Positions 1 to 12,776 of a DNA stretch of 64,000 nucleotides are shown here, piece by piece. The notes under the pieces are model-generated. The model saw only the letters and a list, made by a program, of their open reading frames with translations, made no database searches and was not told the DNA's origin. Numbering within the stretch: the stretch's first letter is position 1; each line of letters starts with the position of its first letter. The translations under genes were made by a program, and so were the position numbers. The stretch comes from Gammaproteobacteria bacterium (GTDB lineage Bacteria > Pseudomonadota > Gammaproteobacteria > SZUA-140): assembly GCA_016218365.1 (NCBI GenBank), contig JACREF010000024.1:31712-95711 (forward strand). The letters are read 5' to 3'.

Positions 1-805
1 GCTCGATATGCCAGCGCGCCCGCTGCTGGCCACCGGGATAGGACGTGCTGACCGGCAGCGGCATGTCGGTCACCGCCTCGCGGGCAGTGGCAAAATTGAG
101 CAGCAACGGCAGCATCGGGTGCGCATAAGGGGTCATCGACAACTCAACCTTGCCCTGTTCGCTGAGCCGGCGATAGCGCCCGATCAGTGTATCCAGCAGG
201 CCGGCAATCACCTCCAGCAGTACCCGGCGATCCTCATGGTCGAACATCCGACCCTTTTCGACCAGACGCTGTATCCGGCGATCATGCATCCGCACCGTCT
301 CGCCCAGCCAGGCCAGGTGATACCAGACCACCAGATCGGTGATCACTGGCGTCGCCAGATACCCGCCCATGCCGTCACGATCAAGCGCCAGCTTCACCAG
401 CTGGGCAAGGCGCCGGAATTCATCAAAACGATTGATCAAACGACTTTCGTTGACACGCAAACAGGCGCGCGCCAGCCGTTCGCGTTGTGCCTCATCAAGA
501 TTGTCGAGCTGTGGCGCTGCCAATGCCGCCAGCAGCGGATCGGTCAACGACGTACCGTGCTGCAGATGAGACTCCAGCTGCCGTGCATAATCATCGATCT
601 GTTCAAGCAGGATCGGTACGAAATTGACCACTGCCCGTGCACCCGGCGTCAGCTCCAGCAACGCCGCCATGTCTACATAATCCTTGATCGCATGCAGATA
701 GGTCCATGGCAGCTGGAAGCTGCCGGTCGCGAGATCACGGTATTCCGGCTGGTGCATGTGCCAGCACAGCACCACCTTGAGGCGGGTACGCGGTTTATCG
801 GACAC
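1..805 (-). CDS. Glycoside hydrolase family 57 protein, N-terminal part; gene runs off the window start. Putative GTG start at 805 overlaps the glgC stop.
   Basis: Reverse-complement translation gives [15 protein letters not shown]...AIKDYVDM...[11 protein letters not shown], matching GH57 conserved regions (HQP, TPYxHPxLP). The ORF is absent from the six-frame track because its stop lies outside the window. The + strand ORF 8..862 is its antisense artefact. Confidence 0.6.
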   Translation of the reverse strand, partial: MSDKPRTRLKVVLCWHMHQPEYRDLATGSFQLPWTYLHAIKDYVDMAALLELTPGARAVVNFVPILLEQIDDYARQLESHLQHGTSLTDPLLAALAAPQLDNLDEAQRERLARACLRVNESRLINRFDEFRRLAQLVKLALDRDGMGGYLATPVITDLVVWYHLAWLGETVRMHDRRIQRLVEKGRMFDHEDRRVLLEVIAGLLDTLIGRYRRLSEQGKVELSMTPYAHPMLPLLLNFATAREAVTDMPLPVSTSYPGGQQRARWHIE

Positions 806-2087
806 GGTGGATATCCTGTCCCAGCATCTCCGGTGTCACCAGCACGACACCTTCAGGACTGACATTGAACCGCTGCTGATCCAGTGCATGGTCCTCACCA
901 ATGACGGTGCCGTCCGGGATGATGCAGGCCTTGTCGATGACCGCCTTCCTCAGCCGGCAGCGCTTGCCAATCTTGGCGTCAGGCAGGATCACGCAGTCCT
1001 CAACAGTACTGTAGGCCTCGATCTGAACCTTGGAAAACAGCAGCGAGTGGCGCACCGTGGCCCCGGAGATGATGCAGCCCCCGGATACCATCGAATCGAC
1101 CGCCATGCCACGCATGCCGTCATCATCAAAGACAAACTTGGCTGGCGGCAACTGCTCCTGGTAGGTCCAGATCGGCCAGCGGTCATCATACAGATTCAGC
1201 TCCGGCGTCACGCCGATCAGTTCCATGTTGGCGCTCCAGAAGGCGTCGACGGTCCCGACATCACGCCAGTAGGCCTGGGCCTGGGCCTGGCCGTCACCCT
1301 CACGGAACGGGTAGGCAAAGACCCGGTATTTATGCACCGAGTGCGGGATGATGTCCTTGCCAAAATCATGACTGGAGGCCGACTGATCGGCATCCCGCGT
1401 CAGCTGTTCAAACAGGAACGAGGCATTGAAGACATAGATGCCCATTGATGCCAGCGCCAGATCACTGCGCCCCGGCATCGGCTTGGGGGCATCCGGCTTC
1501 TCGACGAAACTCTGCACCCGCGCCTGTTCATCGACCTCCATGACACCGAAGGCCGAGGCCTGAGCCACCGCCACCTCGATGCAGCCGACTGTCATGTCGG
1601 CCTGCTTCTCGACGTGATAGGCCAGCATCGGTCCATAATCCATCTTGTAGATGTGATCGCCGGCCAGGATCAGCACATATTTCGCATCATGGCTGCGGAT
1701 GATATCGAGATTCTGGAACACGGCATCGGCGGTCCCCGCATACCAGCTCTCGGTGATGCGCTGCTGTGCCGGCACCACCTCGACAAACTCACCCAGCTCG
1801 CCGCGCAAAAAACTCCAGCCCTGCTGGATATGACGGATCAGCGAATGTGCCTTGTACTGGGTCAGTACCGAGATGCGCCGGATATTGGAATTCAGGCAGT
1901 TGGAGAGCGGAAAATCAATGATGCGGAACTTGCCGCCGAACGGCACCGCCGGTTTGGCGCGCCACTGCGTCAGCTCCTTGAGCCGGGAACCCTTGCCGCC
2001 GGCCAGGATCAGGGCCACGGTGTCGCGGGTCAGACGGCTGACAAAACGGGCCTCGCGGCCGCTGCCGCCAAATAACTGGTTATTCAT
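795..2087 (-). CDS. glgC: Glucose-1-phosphate adenylyltransferase (ADP-glucose pyrophosphorylase)
   Basis: Motifs [42 protein letters not shown] and [13 protein letters not shown] are diagnostic of GlgC. The track ORF extends to 2252, but the family N-terminus fits the internal ATG at 2087 (MNNQLFGG...). Confidence 0.9.
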   Translation of the reverse strand: MNNQLFGGSGREARFVSRLTRDTVALILAGGKGSRLKELTQWRAKPAVPFGGKFRIIDFPLSNCLNSNIRRISVLTQYKAHSLIRHIQQGWSFLRGELGEFVEVVPAQQRITESWYAGTADAVFQNLDIIRSHDAKYVLILAGDHIYKMDYGPMLAYHVEKQADMTVGCIEVAVAQASAFGVMEVDEQARVQSFVEKPDAPKPMPGRSDLALASMGIYVFNASFLFEQLTRDADQSASSHDFGKDIIPHSVHKYRVFAYPFREGDGQAQAQAYWRDVGTVDAFWSANMELIGVTPELNLYDDRWPIWTYQEQLPPAKFVFDDDGMRGMAVDSMVSGGCIISGATVRHSLLFSKVQIEAYSTVEDCVILPDAKIGKRCRLRKAVIDKACIIPDGTVIGEDHALDQQRFNVSPEGVVLVTPEMLGQDIHRVR

Positions 2088-2282
2088 CGAGTGTAGTCCG
2101 CTTTCCTGATCTGCCGGGACGGTGCGTTGTATCATTGTACACGCCATCCCGGGTAGTATCGACATCAAGCCGATTATGTTGAGATTGGCTATCCACCCGG
2201 AAAACCCGGTAGTATAGTTTCCGACCGGGCCGGCATCATCAGCTGCTGACAATCTAATTTATCCATAGGCCGCTAGCAAGAA

Positions 2283-4475
2283 ATGGCAATCAAGACCCCG
2301 ACACCCCCGCTGCCACCGGAACTGCAAAGGCTGCTGGCTGCCCGCCATCACGATCCATTCGAGCTGCTGGGACTGCATAGCGAAGGCCCGCAGGATGTGG
2401 TCCGGGTGTTTCTGCCGCGGGTACGCGAGGTCAGCATCGTCGAGAACCGCCAGCCGCTGCAGCGGGTACAGAACAGCGACCTGTTTGAATGGCGCGGCGC
2501 CACAAACAGCCTGTCAGGCCCGTACCGGCTGCGCTGGACTGATGATCATGGTCATGTCCACAGCGCCTACGACCCATATTGCTTCCCGCCCCAGCTGTCG
2601 GAATTTGACCTGCATCTGTTCAACGAGGGCAAACACCGCCACAGTGAGCAATTTCTGGGCGCACACCTGCATGAGGTCCAGGGGGTCCATGGGGTATTGT
2701 TTGCCGTCTGGGCGCCGAACGCCGAGCGGGTCAGTGTCGTCGGCGACTTCAACGGCTGGGACGGGCGCTGTCACATGATGCGGGTACGCGGCGGCAGCGG
2801 TGTCTGGGAACTGTTCATCCCGGGACGGATTGCCGGCGATCTGTACAAATTCGAGATCCGCAACCGCGAACACGGCAGCCTGCAGCTGAAGACCGACCCC
2901 TACGGCCGGCGCTTCGAGACCCGTCCCAACACCGCATCGATCGTAGTCGAGGACAGTCACTTCCAGTGGCATGATCAGCCGTGGATGACCCGGCGCCACG
3001 CTAATCGCTGGATGCATGAACCGATGTCGATCTACGAGGTCCATCTCGGTTCCTGGCAACACGATGACCATGGGCATTTTCTCAATTATCGCGACATGGC
3101 CCAGCGTCTGGTCGCCTATGTCAAACACCTGGGCTTCACCCATATCGAACTGCTGCCGATCACTGAACATCCATTTGACGCCTCATGGGGTTACCAGACC
3201 ACCGGCTATTTTGCACCGACCAGCCGCTTCGGCACCCCGGACGATTTCCGTTATTTCGTCGATCACTGCCATGCCAACGACATCGGCATCATCCTCGACT
3301 GGGTACCCGGCCATTTCCCCAAGGACAGTCATGGCCTGGCCAGGTTCGATGGCAGCCCGCTGTATGAACATGCCGATCCGCGGCTCGGCGAACATCGTGA
3401 CTGGGGGACGCTGATCTTCAATTACGGCCGTAACGAGGTGCGCAACCTGCTGCTGTCCAGCGCGCTGTACTGGCTCGATGAATACCATCTCGATGGCCTG
3501 CGTGTCGACGCCGTGGCCTCGATGCTGTACCTGGACTATTCACGTGAACCCGGTGACTGGCTGCCCAATATCCACGGCGGCAATGAAAATCTCGACGCGA
3601 TCACCTTCCTGCGCGAACTCAATGCACTGAGCCATGAGCTGTGTCCCGGCACCGTGGTCATTGCCGAGGAGAGTACCGCCTGGCCAATGGTGTCACGACC
3701 CACCTGGCTCGGCGGGCTCGGCTTCAGCATGAAATGGAACATGGGCTGGATGCATGACACGCTGCTATACATGAGCAAGGACCCGATTCACCGCCATTAC
3801 CATCACAACATCCTGACCTTCAGCCAGCTGTATGCCTATACGGAAAACTTTGTGTTGCCGTTCTCCCATGATGAGGTGGTACACGGCAAGGGCTCGCTGC
3901 TGAACAAGATGCCCGGTGATGAATGGCAGCGTTTCGCCAACCTGCGGCTGCTGTACACCTACCTGTTCACCCACCCCGGCAAAAAGCTGTTGTTCATGGG
4001 CACTGAATTTGCCCAGGGCCGGGAATGGAATCACACCCGACCGCTGGAATGGTATGTGCTCGATTACCCGTTACATCGCGGCATCTTTGATCAGGTGCGC
4101 GACCTGAACCGGCTGTACCGGGATTATCCGGCGCTGTACACCCACGAGTTCGAGCATCAGGGCTTTGAATGGATCGACTGCAATGACTCCTCGCAATCCA
4201 TCCTCAGTTATCTGCGCCGCAGTGGCGACCAGTTCATCGTCGTGGTGCTGAACTTCACCCCGATACCCCGCTATCACTACCGGATCGGCGTCCCGGCCGC
4301 CGGCAGTTACCGCGAGGTATTCAATTCGGATTCCAGTTACTACGGCGGCAGCAACATCGGTAACAGCGGCGCACTGCACAGCGAAGATCAGCCGTGGATG
4401 GGCCGACCACACTCCATCGATATCACGTTGCCGCCACTGGCCGGACTGGTATTCGCGCTGAACCGCAACTCATAA
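2283..4475 (+). CDS. glgB: 1,4-alpha-glucan branching enzyme
   Basis: 730 aa with an N-terminal CBM48-like region. GH13 catalytic motifs are present ([50 protein letters not shown]). Confidence 0.95.
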   Translation: MAIKTPTPPLPPELQRLLAARHHDPFELLGLHSEGPQDVVRVFLPRVREVSIVENRQPLQRVQNSDLFEWRGATNSLSGPYRLRWTDDHGHVHSAYDPYCFPPQLSEFDLHLFNEGKHRHSEQFLGAHLHEVQGVHGVLFAVWAPNAERVSVVGDFNGWDGRCHMMRVRGGSGVWELFIPGRIAGDLYKFEIRNREHGSLQLKTDPYGRRFETRPNTASIVVEDSHFQWHDQPWMTRRHANRWMHEPMSIYEVHLGSWQHDDHGHFLNYRDMAQRLVAYVKHLGFTHIELLPITEHPFDASWGYQTTGYFAPTSRFGTPDDFRYFVDHCHANDIGIILDWVPGHFPKDSHGLARFDGSPLYEHADPRLGEHRDWGTLIFNYGRNEVRNLLLSSALYWLDEYHLDGLRVDAVASMLYLDYSREPGDWLPNIHGGNENLDAITFLRELNALSHELCPGTVVIAEESTAWPMVSRPTWLGGLGFSMKWNMGWMHDTLLYMSKDPIHRHYHHNILTFSQLYAYTENFVLPFSHDEVVHGKGSLLNKMPGDEWQRFANLRLLYTYLFTHPGKKLLFMGTEFAQGREWNHTRPLEWYVLDYPLHRGIFDQVRDLNRLYRDYPALYTHEFEHQGFEWIDCNDSSQSILSYLRRSGDQFIVVVLNFTPIPRYHYRIGVPAAGSYREVFNSDSSYYGGSNIGNSGALHSEDQPWMGRPHSIDITLPPLAGLVFALNRNS

Positions 4476-5171
4476 CCACCACAGCACAGCGGCCAGACCC
4501 AGCGGCGGCAACCACTCGTACCATAGCGGGGCCGGCAACAGCTCCAGGCTTAACGTCCGCAGCGGTTCCTGCTCGGCCTCGGCATGAATACGTTGCACCA
4601 GGGCCCCCATCCGCTCGGCAATGCGCTGTAATGCGGCCGAATAGTTGACCCTGGCAGCGCCCATGGCCTCCGCTGCCGGCTTGGATGCGGCCAGCAATGG
4701 TCCAAGTTCGCGCTCGATCCTCGGCAGGGTTTCCAGCACCAGCAGCATCCGCAATGCGAAACGCTCCCGTGACAAACCCAACACCCGCAGTGGTGTCACC
4801 AGCTGATAGAGCGCAGCACAGAGCTGGCGACGCGTCGTCACCGCCAGCAACACCGTCACCGCCATGACCACGGCAAGCAGTGACAGGATGCGCAACCCGC
4901 CCTGCAGCACCCCTTCCCGGCTTGGCATCCAGGCGGCATTCCATTCCTCAAGCAATGGTGCGCCCGGGGTCATCCATAGATAAATTAAGAAGATGGTCAG
5001 CATCAGCCAGCGTATCCGCCGCAGCATGCCACGCAACGCCACCCACCATTCACGCTGCACCAGCATGGCCGCCGCCAGTGCCGCCGCCGTCACCATGACC
5101 AGCAATGGCCCGGCATAGGCCAGCCCGATGACCAGCACCAGAAAAAATACTATGCGAATCAGCGGATGCAT
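4470..5171 (-). CDS. Polytopic membrane protein, possibly CbiQ/EcfT family (ECF-transporter T-component-like). No ATPase partner is adjacent.
   Basis: 233 aa with multiple hydrophobic helices. The segment [32 protein letters not shown] resembles the conserved CbiQ/EcfT loop (LLxPLxxLGLPxxELALMLxIALRFIP). Confidence 0.35.
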   Translation of the reverse strand: MHPLIRIVFFLVLVIGLAYAGPLLVMVTAAALAAAMLVQREWWVALRGMLRRIRWLMLTIFLIYLWMTPGAPLLEEWNAAWMPSREGVLQGGLRILSLLAVVMAVTVLLAVTTRRQLCAALYQLVTPLRVLGLSRERFALRMLLVLETLPRIERELGPLLAASKPAAEAMGAARVNYSAALQRIAERMGALVQRIHAEAEQEPLRTLSLELLPAPLWYEWLPPLGLAAVLWWL

Positions 5172-5208
5172 GGCGGGTAATCAGCAGTGGCTAACAGGAA
5201 TCGGGGTG

Positions 5209-8079
5209 TCAACCGATCTGGGCGAGCAGTTGCTGCGCCTCCTTCTTCTGCTCATCATTACCGTCCCTGGTGATCTCCTGCAAAATATTGCCGGCACTTT
5301 CCTGATCACCCATGTCGATATAGGCACGCGCCAGGTCCAGCTTGGTGGCGATCTCGTCCTCGCTGGAAAACAGCGTGCTACCGGCGACATCCTCGTCTTC
5401 ACTGGTTGCTGACAGCCAGTCAATCTCATCATCCAGCGTACCGAGCAACGGATCGGATGGCTGCTGGTTATCCGCCACACCTGCCGCCGCCAGTTCCAGA
5501 TCCTGGCTCAGGCCCTGATCGGCCGCCCCGCCCGGCGCCTCCTTGTCATCCACCATCGACATCAACTCACTGAGGGCGTCGGCCATCCCGCTATCGCTGG
5601 AGGAGCCGGACGCTGGCGATTCTTCGACACCAACGGTATCAAACTCCATGGTATTCGATAAGGCGGGCTCCTCGTGTGCCGTGGCCGTGCCGGTTGACGG
5701 CACCTCCACCACATCAGCCGGCGCCTGCTCCACAATAAACTCCAGTCCGCCGCCCGTGCCTGCATCAGCACGCGGCAGCTCGACAACTGCTGCGTCTGGC
5801 TCAGCGGCTGTCGAGCTGGCCAGATCAAACTCCAACGCATGCTCATCGCCTGCAGGTAACCCGATGTCTGATTCCATTGCCGGCCCGGTCATAGGCTCAT
5901 TACGCAACGGGGCCGCATCGGCCGGTATTGTCGGCTCCTGTGGTGCGCTACTGTCGCCCAAGCCACCCAGCAGACCACTACTGTCGAGTGACATCTCCAG
6001 ATCATCAAGCTCCTTGCCCAGATCACTGTCGAGGTCACCCCCAGGCAGATCGATCCGGCCACCTGTGTCACTGAGCGCCGCATCATCGACCAGCGGGGCA
6101 CGTGCCATCTGCACCTTCTGGGCTGCGCCGCTGAACAACGGGTGATCCGGGGCGATGCGCATGCCGGCATTGGCCACCTGATCCCAGATGGCGCCTGCGC
6201 CACCGCTCTCCTGGTGCAGTTTTTCCGCACCGGCAACAAATTCCTCGCGCTTACCCGCCGCCGCATAGACCTCTAGCAACTTGCCGGCAATATCCTGGCG
6301 CTGCGGATCCTGGCCAAGGGCCTCTTTCAGCAATTCCTCGGCCCGATCAAAGCGATGATAGGCGATGTAGACATCGGCCTCGGCCAGCACATCGATCTCA
6401 TCGATCTCAGATCCGATCTCCACCGGGACACCCTGCGATGACGGCGTAGTCATGCCATCCAACGCGTCCACATCCTGTGACGCTCCGGCAGAGGCCGGCC
6501 CCTGATCATGTTCTTCGTGCTGCATCGTGGCAAAATCTTCCAGCGCCGCCTGGCGACGCTTCCTGATCATCACCAGCCCGCCACCGATCACCAGCACCAC
6601 GGCGGCAATGGCACCAAGCATCATCGTATTCAGCGAGGATGCCAGCCCCAGCACCGTCTCAACGATCGACACCAGCACACCCGGTTCTTCAACCGCCACG
6701 GGTTCAGCAGGCAGCGGCGTCACCCGGACTGGCGGGGTCGGGGTAACCTGTTGCGGTGGCGGCACCGCGATCTGGTTGTTCTCTTGCTCGGCGGTCGCTT
6801 CTGCCTGCGACGGCTCTGTTTGTGACTGTCCCGCCTCAGCTTGCTGGCCTTGCTGCTGCAACGCGGTCAGCGTATCGGCACGCATCGACAACAGCCGTTC
6901 CATCTTCGCCAGCTGACCTTCAAGCTGGCTGATCCGGTCACGTAAGGCGGTATTCTCCTGCCGGCTGATGTCAGTGGCCTCGATCGCCATCTGCAGCTGC
7001 TTGCGCACCACCTCGAGGTCTTCCTGCTGGAAGTTCTCACCTGCTGCGACCGTGGCAGCCGGCGGCTGCGGTACATCCTTGGCCTCCGGCACCACCAGCT
7101 TCAGGCGCGCCCCGCCCTGTTGCGCCCGCGCCGGAGGTTGCCCGGACACCGTGCCGGATTGATCAGCACCCAGCGGCCGGACACCAGCCTGACCTGCACG
7201 CTGCTGCTTGATATCCAGCCAGCGCTCATAGTGTAGACGGGACTCGCGATCGGCCTCGGCGGCGCTCATCGCCTGGATCAGCGCCGGATCAGGGATACGC
7301 AGTACATAGTCAGCCTTCAGCTCATTGACGTTGTTGTTGATAAACGCCTCAGGGTTGCTCTTCAGCAAGGCCATCATCACCTGCGGCACCGTGGCGGATT
7401 CCGGACGTAGCGCCTTGGCAATATTCCACAGCGTGTCATCACGTTTGACGCGGCCGTAATACAGTTCGTTGTCACCGCGCCGGCCCTCTCCAGGTAACTG
7501 GCGCGGCTGTGATGTGGCCGCCGAAGGCTGCGGACCTGCGGCCTGTTCTTCCGGCGTCAACTCCGATGGCGCCGCCATCATCTCTGCCGGTTCATTGCCA
7601 GGCTCATCGACCGGGGCCGATGGCGCTGCACTGAGCGGGGCCTCGATGGCTGCAGGTGCCTCATCGCTGACGATCGGCAGGTCGAGCAACACCGTGTATT
7701 CGCGCACCAGGTGCCCACTGGACCAGTCGACCTCCAGCAGAAAATCGAGAAAGGGTTCCTGGATCGGGGCGCTGGAAGAAATCTTTATATAGGGGACGCC
7801 GTTCCTGACATCGACCTGGAACTGGAGCTCGGATAATACCGGCAACGGCTCCAGCCCGGCCTTGTCAAAATCGGCTGCTGAGGCGATCGAAACCTTGATT
7901 GTTTCTGCCTCAGCCGGATTGGTGGCCAATAATTCAACATCTGCATTAAAGGGCTGATTCAGGGCCGAGTGCAGCTCGATCTCTCCAAGCCCCAGCGCAT
8001 GCCCCGTCCCGGGCAGGATTCCAAGCGCAACCATGCATGCATAGGCCAATGTGCGCAATGTTCCGTCTCCTTTAAACAC
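5209..8079 (-). CDS. fimV: FimV/HubP-family peptidoglycan-binding protein (type IV pilus assembly / polar organiser)
   Basis: 956 aa, highly acidic, with an N-terminal signal and FimV N-domain. A LysM motif is present (YGRVKRDDTLWNIAKAL...ADYVLRIPD), plus a single TM segment and a coiled-coil. The C-terminal FimV motif is DLARAYIDMGDQESAGNILQEI. It sits downstream of asd as in Pseudomonas. Confidence 0.85.
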   Translation of the reverse strand: MFKGDGTLRTLAYACMVALGILPGTGHALGLGEIELHSALNQPFNADVELLATNPAEAETIKVSIASAADFDKAGLEPLPVLSELQFQVDVRNGVPYIKISSSAPIQEPFLDFLLEVDWSSGHLVREYTVLLDLPIVSDEAPAAIEAPLSAAPSAPVDEPGNEPAEMMAAPSELTPEEQAAGPQPSAATSQPRQLPGEGRRGDNELYYGRVKRDDTLWNIAKALRPESATVPQVMMALLKSNPEAFINNNVNELKADYVLRIPDPALIQAMSAAEADRESRLHYERWLDIKQQRAGQAGVRPLGADQSGTVSGQPPARAQQGGARLKLVVPEAKDVPQPPAATVAAGENFQQEDLEVVRKQLQMAIEATDISRQENTALRDRISQLEGQLAKMERLLSMRADTLTALQQQGQQAEAGQSQTEPSQAEATAEQENNQIAVPPPQQVTPTPPVRVTPLPAEPVAVEEPGVLVSIVETVLGLASSLNTMMLGAIAAVVLVIGGGLVMIRKRRQAALEDFATMQHEEHDQGPASAGASQDVDALDGMTTPSSQGVPVEIGSEIDEIDVLAEADVYIAYHRFDRAEELLKEALGQDPQRQDIAGKLLEVYAAAGKREEFVAGAEKLHQESGGAGAIWDQVANAGMRIAPDHPLFSGAAQKVQMARAPLVDDAALSDTGGRIDLPGGDLDSDLGKELDDLEMSLDSSGLLGGLGDSSAPQEPTIPADAAPLRNEPMTGPAMESDIGLPAGDEHALEFDLASSTAAEPDAAVVELPRADAGTGGGLEFIVEQAPADVVEVPSTGTATAHEEPALSNTMEFDTVGVEESPASGSSSDSGMADALSELMSMVDDKEAPGGAADQGLSQDLELAAAGVADNQQPSDPLLGTLDDEIDWLSATSEDEDVAGSTLFSSEDEIATKLDLARAYIDMGDQESAGNILQEITRDGNDEQKKEAQQLLAQIG

Positions 8080-8430
8080 TCACTCGTCCCTACTTATACG
8101 TTTATGCGTCAAACAGCAACAGTTTCAGAGATTTTTTTAAACCCCATTCGTGCCCACCCCGCAGCGTCACACCCGCTACCACGGACGGAAATACCGCCAA
8201 GGCAAGACCCTGTCCGGGCCAGCGAAAACAACTCAGCCGCCGCCGGCGTATCCTCAATAACGTCACCCGGGAATATTTATTTAGTTTCCCGAATCATGGC
8301 GTATTCGGGCCAGGCCCTGCCAGCACCCGAAACTGGCGCCGGCACAACAGCTGCCAGTACGATGATGGCAGGCAGGTGACCTGTAGCAAGACGTCAACTC
8401 CGTGACTCATGTTCCCTGATCAGCCGATGG

Positions 8431-9558
8431 TCAGGCCGAATGTTCGAGCAGTATCCTCAACATGCGGCGCAGCGGCTCGGCGGCGCCCCACAACAGCTGG
8501 TCACCGACGGTAAAGGCCGTCAGATAGTCCGGCCCCACTGTCAGCTTGTGCAAACGTCCTACCGGTACCGTCAGCGTACCGGTCACGGCCGCCGGCGTCA
8601 GCTGGCGCATCGTGTCCTCACGGTCATTCGGCACCACCTTGACCCAGTCATTGGACGAGGCAATGATCGCCTCGATGTCCGGAAGTGGTACATTTTTCGT
8701 CATCTTGATCGTCAGGGCCTGGCTGTGACAGCGCATCGCACCCACCCGGACACACAGCCCATCGATCGGGATCGGACTAGCGGTACGGCCCAGGATCTTG
8801 TTGGCCTCAACCTGCGCCTTCCACTCCTCGCGGCTCTGGCCGCTATCGAGCTGGCTGTCGATCCACGGGATCAGATTGCCGGCCAGCGGTACCGGCCATT
8901 GTTGCAGAGGGTAATCGGGGCTGCGTATGAACTCGGCCACGCCCCGGTCGATGTCGAGGATTGCCGCGGCCGGATCATCGTTCAACGCCTTGACCGCATC
9001 GCTGATCGCACCCATCTGCCGGATCAGCTCGCGCATGTTCTGCGCCCCGGCGCCGGAGGCCGCCTGATAGGTCATCGGCGTGATCCATTCGATCAGATTT
9101 TCACGGAACAGACCGCCGATCGCCATCAACATCAGACTGACGGTGCAATTACCGCCGACATAGGCCTTGATGCCGTCCCTCAGGCCCACCTTGATAACAT
9201 TGAGGTTAACCGGATCAAGGATGATGATGCTGTCATCCTTCATCCGCAGCGTCGACGCGGCGTCGATCCAGTAACCGTTCCAGCCCGCGGCCAACAGCTT
9301 GGGATAGATCTCCTCGGTATAGGAACCACCCTGGCAGGTGATGATGATGTCCATCGCCTTCAGCTCAGCAAGACTGGCGGCATCTTTCAGTGGCGGCACC
9401 GGCCGGCCAACATCCGGCCCCGGGCTGCCAGGCTGCGAGGTCGTGAAGAACACCGGCTCGATCAGTGCAAAGTCGTGCTCCTCGCGCATCCGCTGCATCA
9501 GCACCGAGCCCACCATGCCGCGCCAGCCGATCAGCCCTACCCGTTGCATCGCCATCAT
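8431..9558 (-). CDS. asd: Aspartate-semialdehyde dehydrogenase
   Basis: The N-terminus [18 protein letters not shown] is the Rossmann motif of Asd. The length is 375 aa. Confidence 0.9.
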   Translation of the reverse strand: MMAMQRVGLIGWRGMVGSVLMQRMREEHDFALIEPVFFTTSQPGSPGPDVGRPVPPLKDAASLAELKAMDIIITCQGGSYTEEIYPKLLAAGWNGYWIDAASTLRMKDDSIIILDPVNLNVIKVGLRDGIKAYVGGNCTVSLMLMAIGGLFRENLIEWITPMTYQAASGAGAQNMRELIRQMGAISDAVKALNDDPAAAILDIDRGVAEFIRSPDYPLQQWPVPLAGNLIPWIDSQLDSGQSREEWKAQVEANKILGRTASPIPIDGLCVRVGAMRCHSQALTIKMTKNVPLPDIEAIIASSNDWVKVVPNDREDTMRQLTPAAVTGTLTVPVGRLHKLTVGPDYLTAFTVGDQLLWGAAEPLRRMLRILLEHSA

Positions 9559-9608
9559 TCCCCTCCGTTGCCGCGTATCATTCCGGCAATCCTTAAAGTT
9601 ATGTTGTA

Positions 9609-10688
9609 CTACACCGACAACGCGGCCACCACCGCATCACCGATCTCGCGCGTGCCCACCTTGCGACAACCCTCGGCATAGATATCCGGGGTCCGCAGAC
9701 CCTGATCCAGCACCCGCTGCACCGCCTGCTCGACCCGCAACGCCAAGACCTCATTATGCAGCGAGTAACGCAACAGCATCGCCACCGACAGGATGGTCGC
9801 CAGTGGATTGGCCACACCCTTGCCGGCGATGTCCGGGGCCGAGCCATGGATCGGTTCATACATGCCCTTGCCATGGACATCCAGCGCCGCGGACGGCAGC
9901 ATGCCGATCGAACCGGTCAGCATCGCTGCGCAGTCCGACAGTATGTCACCGAACATGTTGCCGGTCACCATGACGTCAAACTGCTTCGGCGCCCGCACCA
10001 GTTGCATCGCGGCATTATCCACATACATATGACTGAGCTGCACCTGTGGGTAGTCCTTGCCGACGCGGGTCACGACCTCGCGCCACAGCTCAGTGGCCTC
10101 CAGCACATTGGCCTTGTCGACCGAACACACCCGACGATTGCGTTTCAACGCGGTCTCGAAGGCGACGCGGGCGATGCGCTCGATCTCGGACTCGGCATAG
10201 ACCATGGTGTTGAACCCCTGGCGTTCGCCATTGTCGAGACGGCGGACACCACGCGGCTGACCAAAATAGATGTCACCGGTCAGCTCACGGATGATCATGA
10301 TATCGAGCCCGGCCACGACCTCGGGCCTCAGTGTCGAGGCGCTGGCCAGCTGCGGGTAGAGGATCGCCGGCCGCAGGTTGGCGAACAGCTGCAAGCCGGC
10401 ACGCAGGCCCAGCAGGCCCTTCTCGGGGCGTAGCGCGATGTCCAGTGACTCCCACTTGGTGCCGCCAACTGCACCCAGCAGAATTGCATCGGCGGCACGT
10501 GCCAGCTGCATGGTCTGCTGCGGCAGCGGCGAGCCAAAGGCATCATAGGCCGCGCCACCGACCAGCGCATGTTCCAGCTCGATCTTCAAGCCATGGCGCT
10601 GTTGCAGCGCAGCGAGCACCTTGACCGCCTCGGCGACGATCTCCGGCCCGATGCCATCACCGGCCAATATCAGTATCTTCTTGCTCAT
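9609..10688 (-). CDS. leuB: 3-isopropylmalate dehydrogenase
   Basis: [18 protein letters not shown]... is the IMDH signature. The start is chosen at the internal ATG 10688; the track ORF extends to 10772. Confidence 0.9.
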   Translation of the reverse strand: MSKKILILAGDGIGPEIVAEAVKVLAALQQRHGLKIELEHALVGGAAYDAFGSPLPQQTMQLARAADAILLGAVGGTKWESLDIALRPEKGLLGLRAGLQLFANLRPAILYPQLASASTLRPEVVAGLDIMIIRELTGDIYFGQPRGVRRLDNGERQGFNTMVYAESEIERIARVAFETALKRNRRVCSVDKANVLEATELWREVVTRVGKDYPQVQLSHMYVDNAAMQLVRAPKQFDVMVTGNMFGDILSDCAAMLTGSIGMLPSAALDVHGKGMYEPIHGSAPDIAGKGVANPLATILSVAMLLRYSLHNEVLALRVEQAVQRVLDQGLRTPDIYAEGCRKVGTREIGDAVVAALSV

Positions 10689-10713
10689 GCTTTGTACTCT
10701 TGTCAGGACTAAA

Positions 10714-11361
10714 TTATTTGCTGGCAGTAAACAGCCACGGCGCCTCATTGCGCCGCCGCGCCTCGTAGCCACGGATCTCAGCGCTGTGTTGCAAGGTCAG
10801 GCCGATCTCGTCCAGCCCGTTCAACAAACAATGTTTGCGAAAGCCATCGATATCAAAGCTGAAATGTTCACCGGTGGGCAGAGTGACCTGCTGAGACTGC
10901 AGATCAACCTGCAGTCGATAGCCGGGCTGCTGCGCCACCTCGCTGAACAAGCGGTCGACCACCGCGGTCGGCAACACGATCGGCAGCGCCCCGTTCTTGA
11001 AACAGTTATTGAAAAAGATGTCGGCAAAGCTCGGTGCGATGACACAGCGGAAGCCGGCATCGACCAGTGCCCACACCGCATGTTCGCGCGATGAACCGCA
11101 ACCGAAATTGTCGCGCGCCAGCAGGATCTGCGCGCCACGGTAGCGTGACTGGTTCAGCACAAACCCGGCATTGGGCCGGCGCGTGGCCGGATCCTGTCCG
11201 ACCTCGCCGACATCCAGATAACGCCATTCATCGAACAGGTTGGGGCCAAAGCCGCTGCGCTTGGTCGATTTCAGGAACTGCTTCGGGATGATCGCATCGG
11301 TGTCGACATTGGCGCGGTCCAGCGGCGCAACCAGGCCGCTCAATGTGGTGAAAGGCTGCAT
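10714..11361 (-). CDS. leuD: 3-isopropylmalate dehydratase small subunit
   Basis: [31 protein letters not shown] is LeuD. The ATG at 11361 overlaps the leuC stop (ATGA). Confidence 0.9.
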   Translation of the reverse strand: MQPFTTLSGLVAPLDRANVDTDAIIPKQFLKSTKRSGFGPNLFDEWRYLDVGEVGQDPATRRPNAGFVLNQSRYRGAQILLARDNFGCGSSREHAVWALVDAGFRCVIAPSFADIFFNNCFKNGALPIVLPTAVVDRLFSEVAQQPGYRLQVDLQSQQVTLPTGEHFSFDIDGFRKHCLLNGLDEIGLTLQHSAEIRGYEARRRNEAPWLFTASK

Positions 11362-12776
11362 CAGTGCCCCCCCTGCCAGTGGCGGATATCGACGAAATGC
11401 CCGGCGATCGCGGCGGCGGCGGCCATCTGCGGGCTGACCAGGTGGGTGCGTCCACCCGGCCCCTGTCGGCCCTCGAAGTTGCGGTTCGACGTCGACGCGC
11501 AACGCTCACCGGGCTCGAGGCGGTCGGCGTTCATCGCCAGACACATTGAACAGCCCGGCTCGCGCCACTCGAATCCGGCCGCGATAAAGATCCGGTCCAG
11601 ACCCTCGCGCTCGGCGGCCTGCTTGACCAGCCCGGAACCCGGCACCACCAATGCCTGTTTGATATTGGCGGCCACATGACGGCCCTGTACCACGGCGGCT
11701 GCCGCGCGCAGATCCTCGATCCGCGAATTGGTGCAGGAACCGATGAACACCTTGTCGATCCGGATATCCTGGATCGCCACCCCGCCCTCGAGCCCCATGT
11801 ACTGCAGGGCCCGCTCCAGCCCGTCGCGGGCCACCGGATCGCTGAGATCGGCCGGACGCGGCACATAACCATCGACGCCGGCGACCATCTCCGGCGAGGT
11901 GCCCCAGGTCACCTGGGGCGCGATCTGCGCCGCGTCCAGCGTGATGACCTGGTCGAACACCGCATCGGCATCGCTGTGCAGCTGCCGCCAGGCGGCCACC
12001 GCCTGATCCCATTGCGCATCCGTAGGGGCGTAGGGGCGGCCTTTGACATAGTCGATCGTCTGGTCATCGACCGCGACCATGCCGGCACGGGCGCCGGCCT
12101 CGATCGCCATATTGCACAGCGTCATCCGTCCCTCAATCGACAGGGCGCGGATCGCCGCGCCGCCGAACTCGATCGCATGTCCGGTGCCACCGGCGGTACC
12201 GATGCGGCCGATGATCGCAAGGATGATGTCCTTGGCAGTGACGCCGGGTTGCAGCCGGCCATCGACCCGCACCAGCATATTACGCGACTTCTTCTGCATC
12301 AGGCACTGCGTCGCCAGCACATGCTCGACCTCGGAGGTGCCGATGCCAAAGGCCAGCGCGCCGAAGGCGCCGTGGGTCGAGGTGTGCGAATCGCCACACA
12401 CCACGGTCATGCCCGGCAAGGTTGCACCCTGTTCCGGGCCGACGACATGGACGATACCTTGCCGCAGGTCATTCATCATGAACTCAGTGATGGTGAACTC
12501 GGCGCAATTGCGGTCCAGCGTCGCCACCTGCTCGCGCGACACCGGATCGTCGATACCCTGGGAACGATCAGTGGTCGGGACATTGTGATCCGGCACCGCC
12601 AGCACCGAATCACGGCGCCACGGCGTGCGGCCGGCCAGCCGCAGTCCCTCGAAGGCCTGCGGCGAGGTCACCTCATGCACCAGATGGCGATCGATATAGA
12701 TCAGGCTGGAGCCGTCATCGTTGTCATATACCCGATGGGCGTCCCACAATTTGTCGTAAAGGGTCTTGCCGGCCAT
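11361..12776 (-). CDS. leuC: 3-isopropylmalate dehydratase large subunit
   Basis: [16 protein letters not shown]... is aconitase-family LeuC. The start is the internal ATG 12776. Confidence 0.9.
   Translation of the reverse strand: MAGKTLYDKLWDAHRVYDNDDGSSLIYIDRHLVHEVTSPQAFEGLRLAGRTPWRRDSVLAVPDHNVPTTDRSQGIDDPVSREQVATLDRNCAEFTITEFMMNDLRQGIVHVVGPEQGATLPGMTVVCGDSHTSTHGAFGALAFGIGTSEVEHVLATQCLMQKKSRNMLVRVDGRLQPGVTAKDIILAIIGRIGTAGGTGHAIEFGGAAIRALSIEGRMTLCNMAIEAGARAGMVAVDDQTIDYVKGRPYAPTDAQWDQAVAAWRQLHSDADAVFDQVITLDAAQIAPQVTWGTSPEMVAGVDGYVPRPADLSDPVARDGLERALQYMGLEGGVAIQDIRIDKVFIGSCTNSRIEDLRAAAAVVQGRHVAANIKQALVVPGSGLVKQAAEREGLDRIFIAAGFEWREPGCSMCLAMNADRLEPGERCASTSNRNFEGRQGPGGRTHLVSPQMAAAAAIAGHFVDIRHWQGGH

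Noticed and set aside
8-862. 284-aa + strand ORF at the window start
   Set aside because: It is antisense to the GH57 glycoside-hydrolase gene, whose translation shows conserved GH57 motifs. It has no family resemblance and is a GC-rich artefact.
8288-8309. 7-bp hairpin cccgaat-N8-attcggg in the asd-fimV spacer
   Set aside because: No adjacent U-tract is present on either strand, and the stem is too short to call a terminator or regulatory element.
8440-9681. 413-aa + strand ORF
   Set aside because: It is antisense to asd, is rich in Arg/His/Gln, and has no recognisable domains. It is a typical GC-rich antisense ORF.
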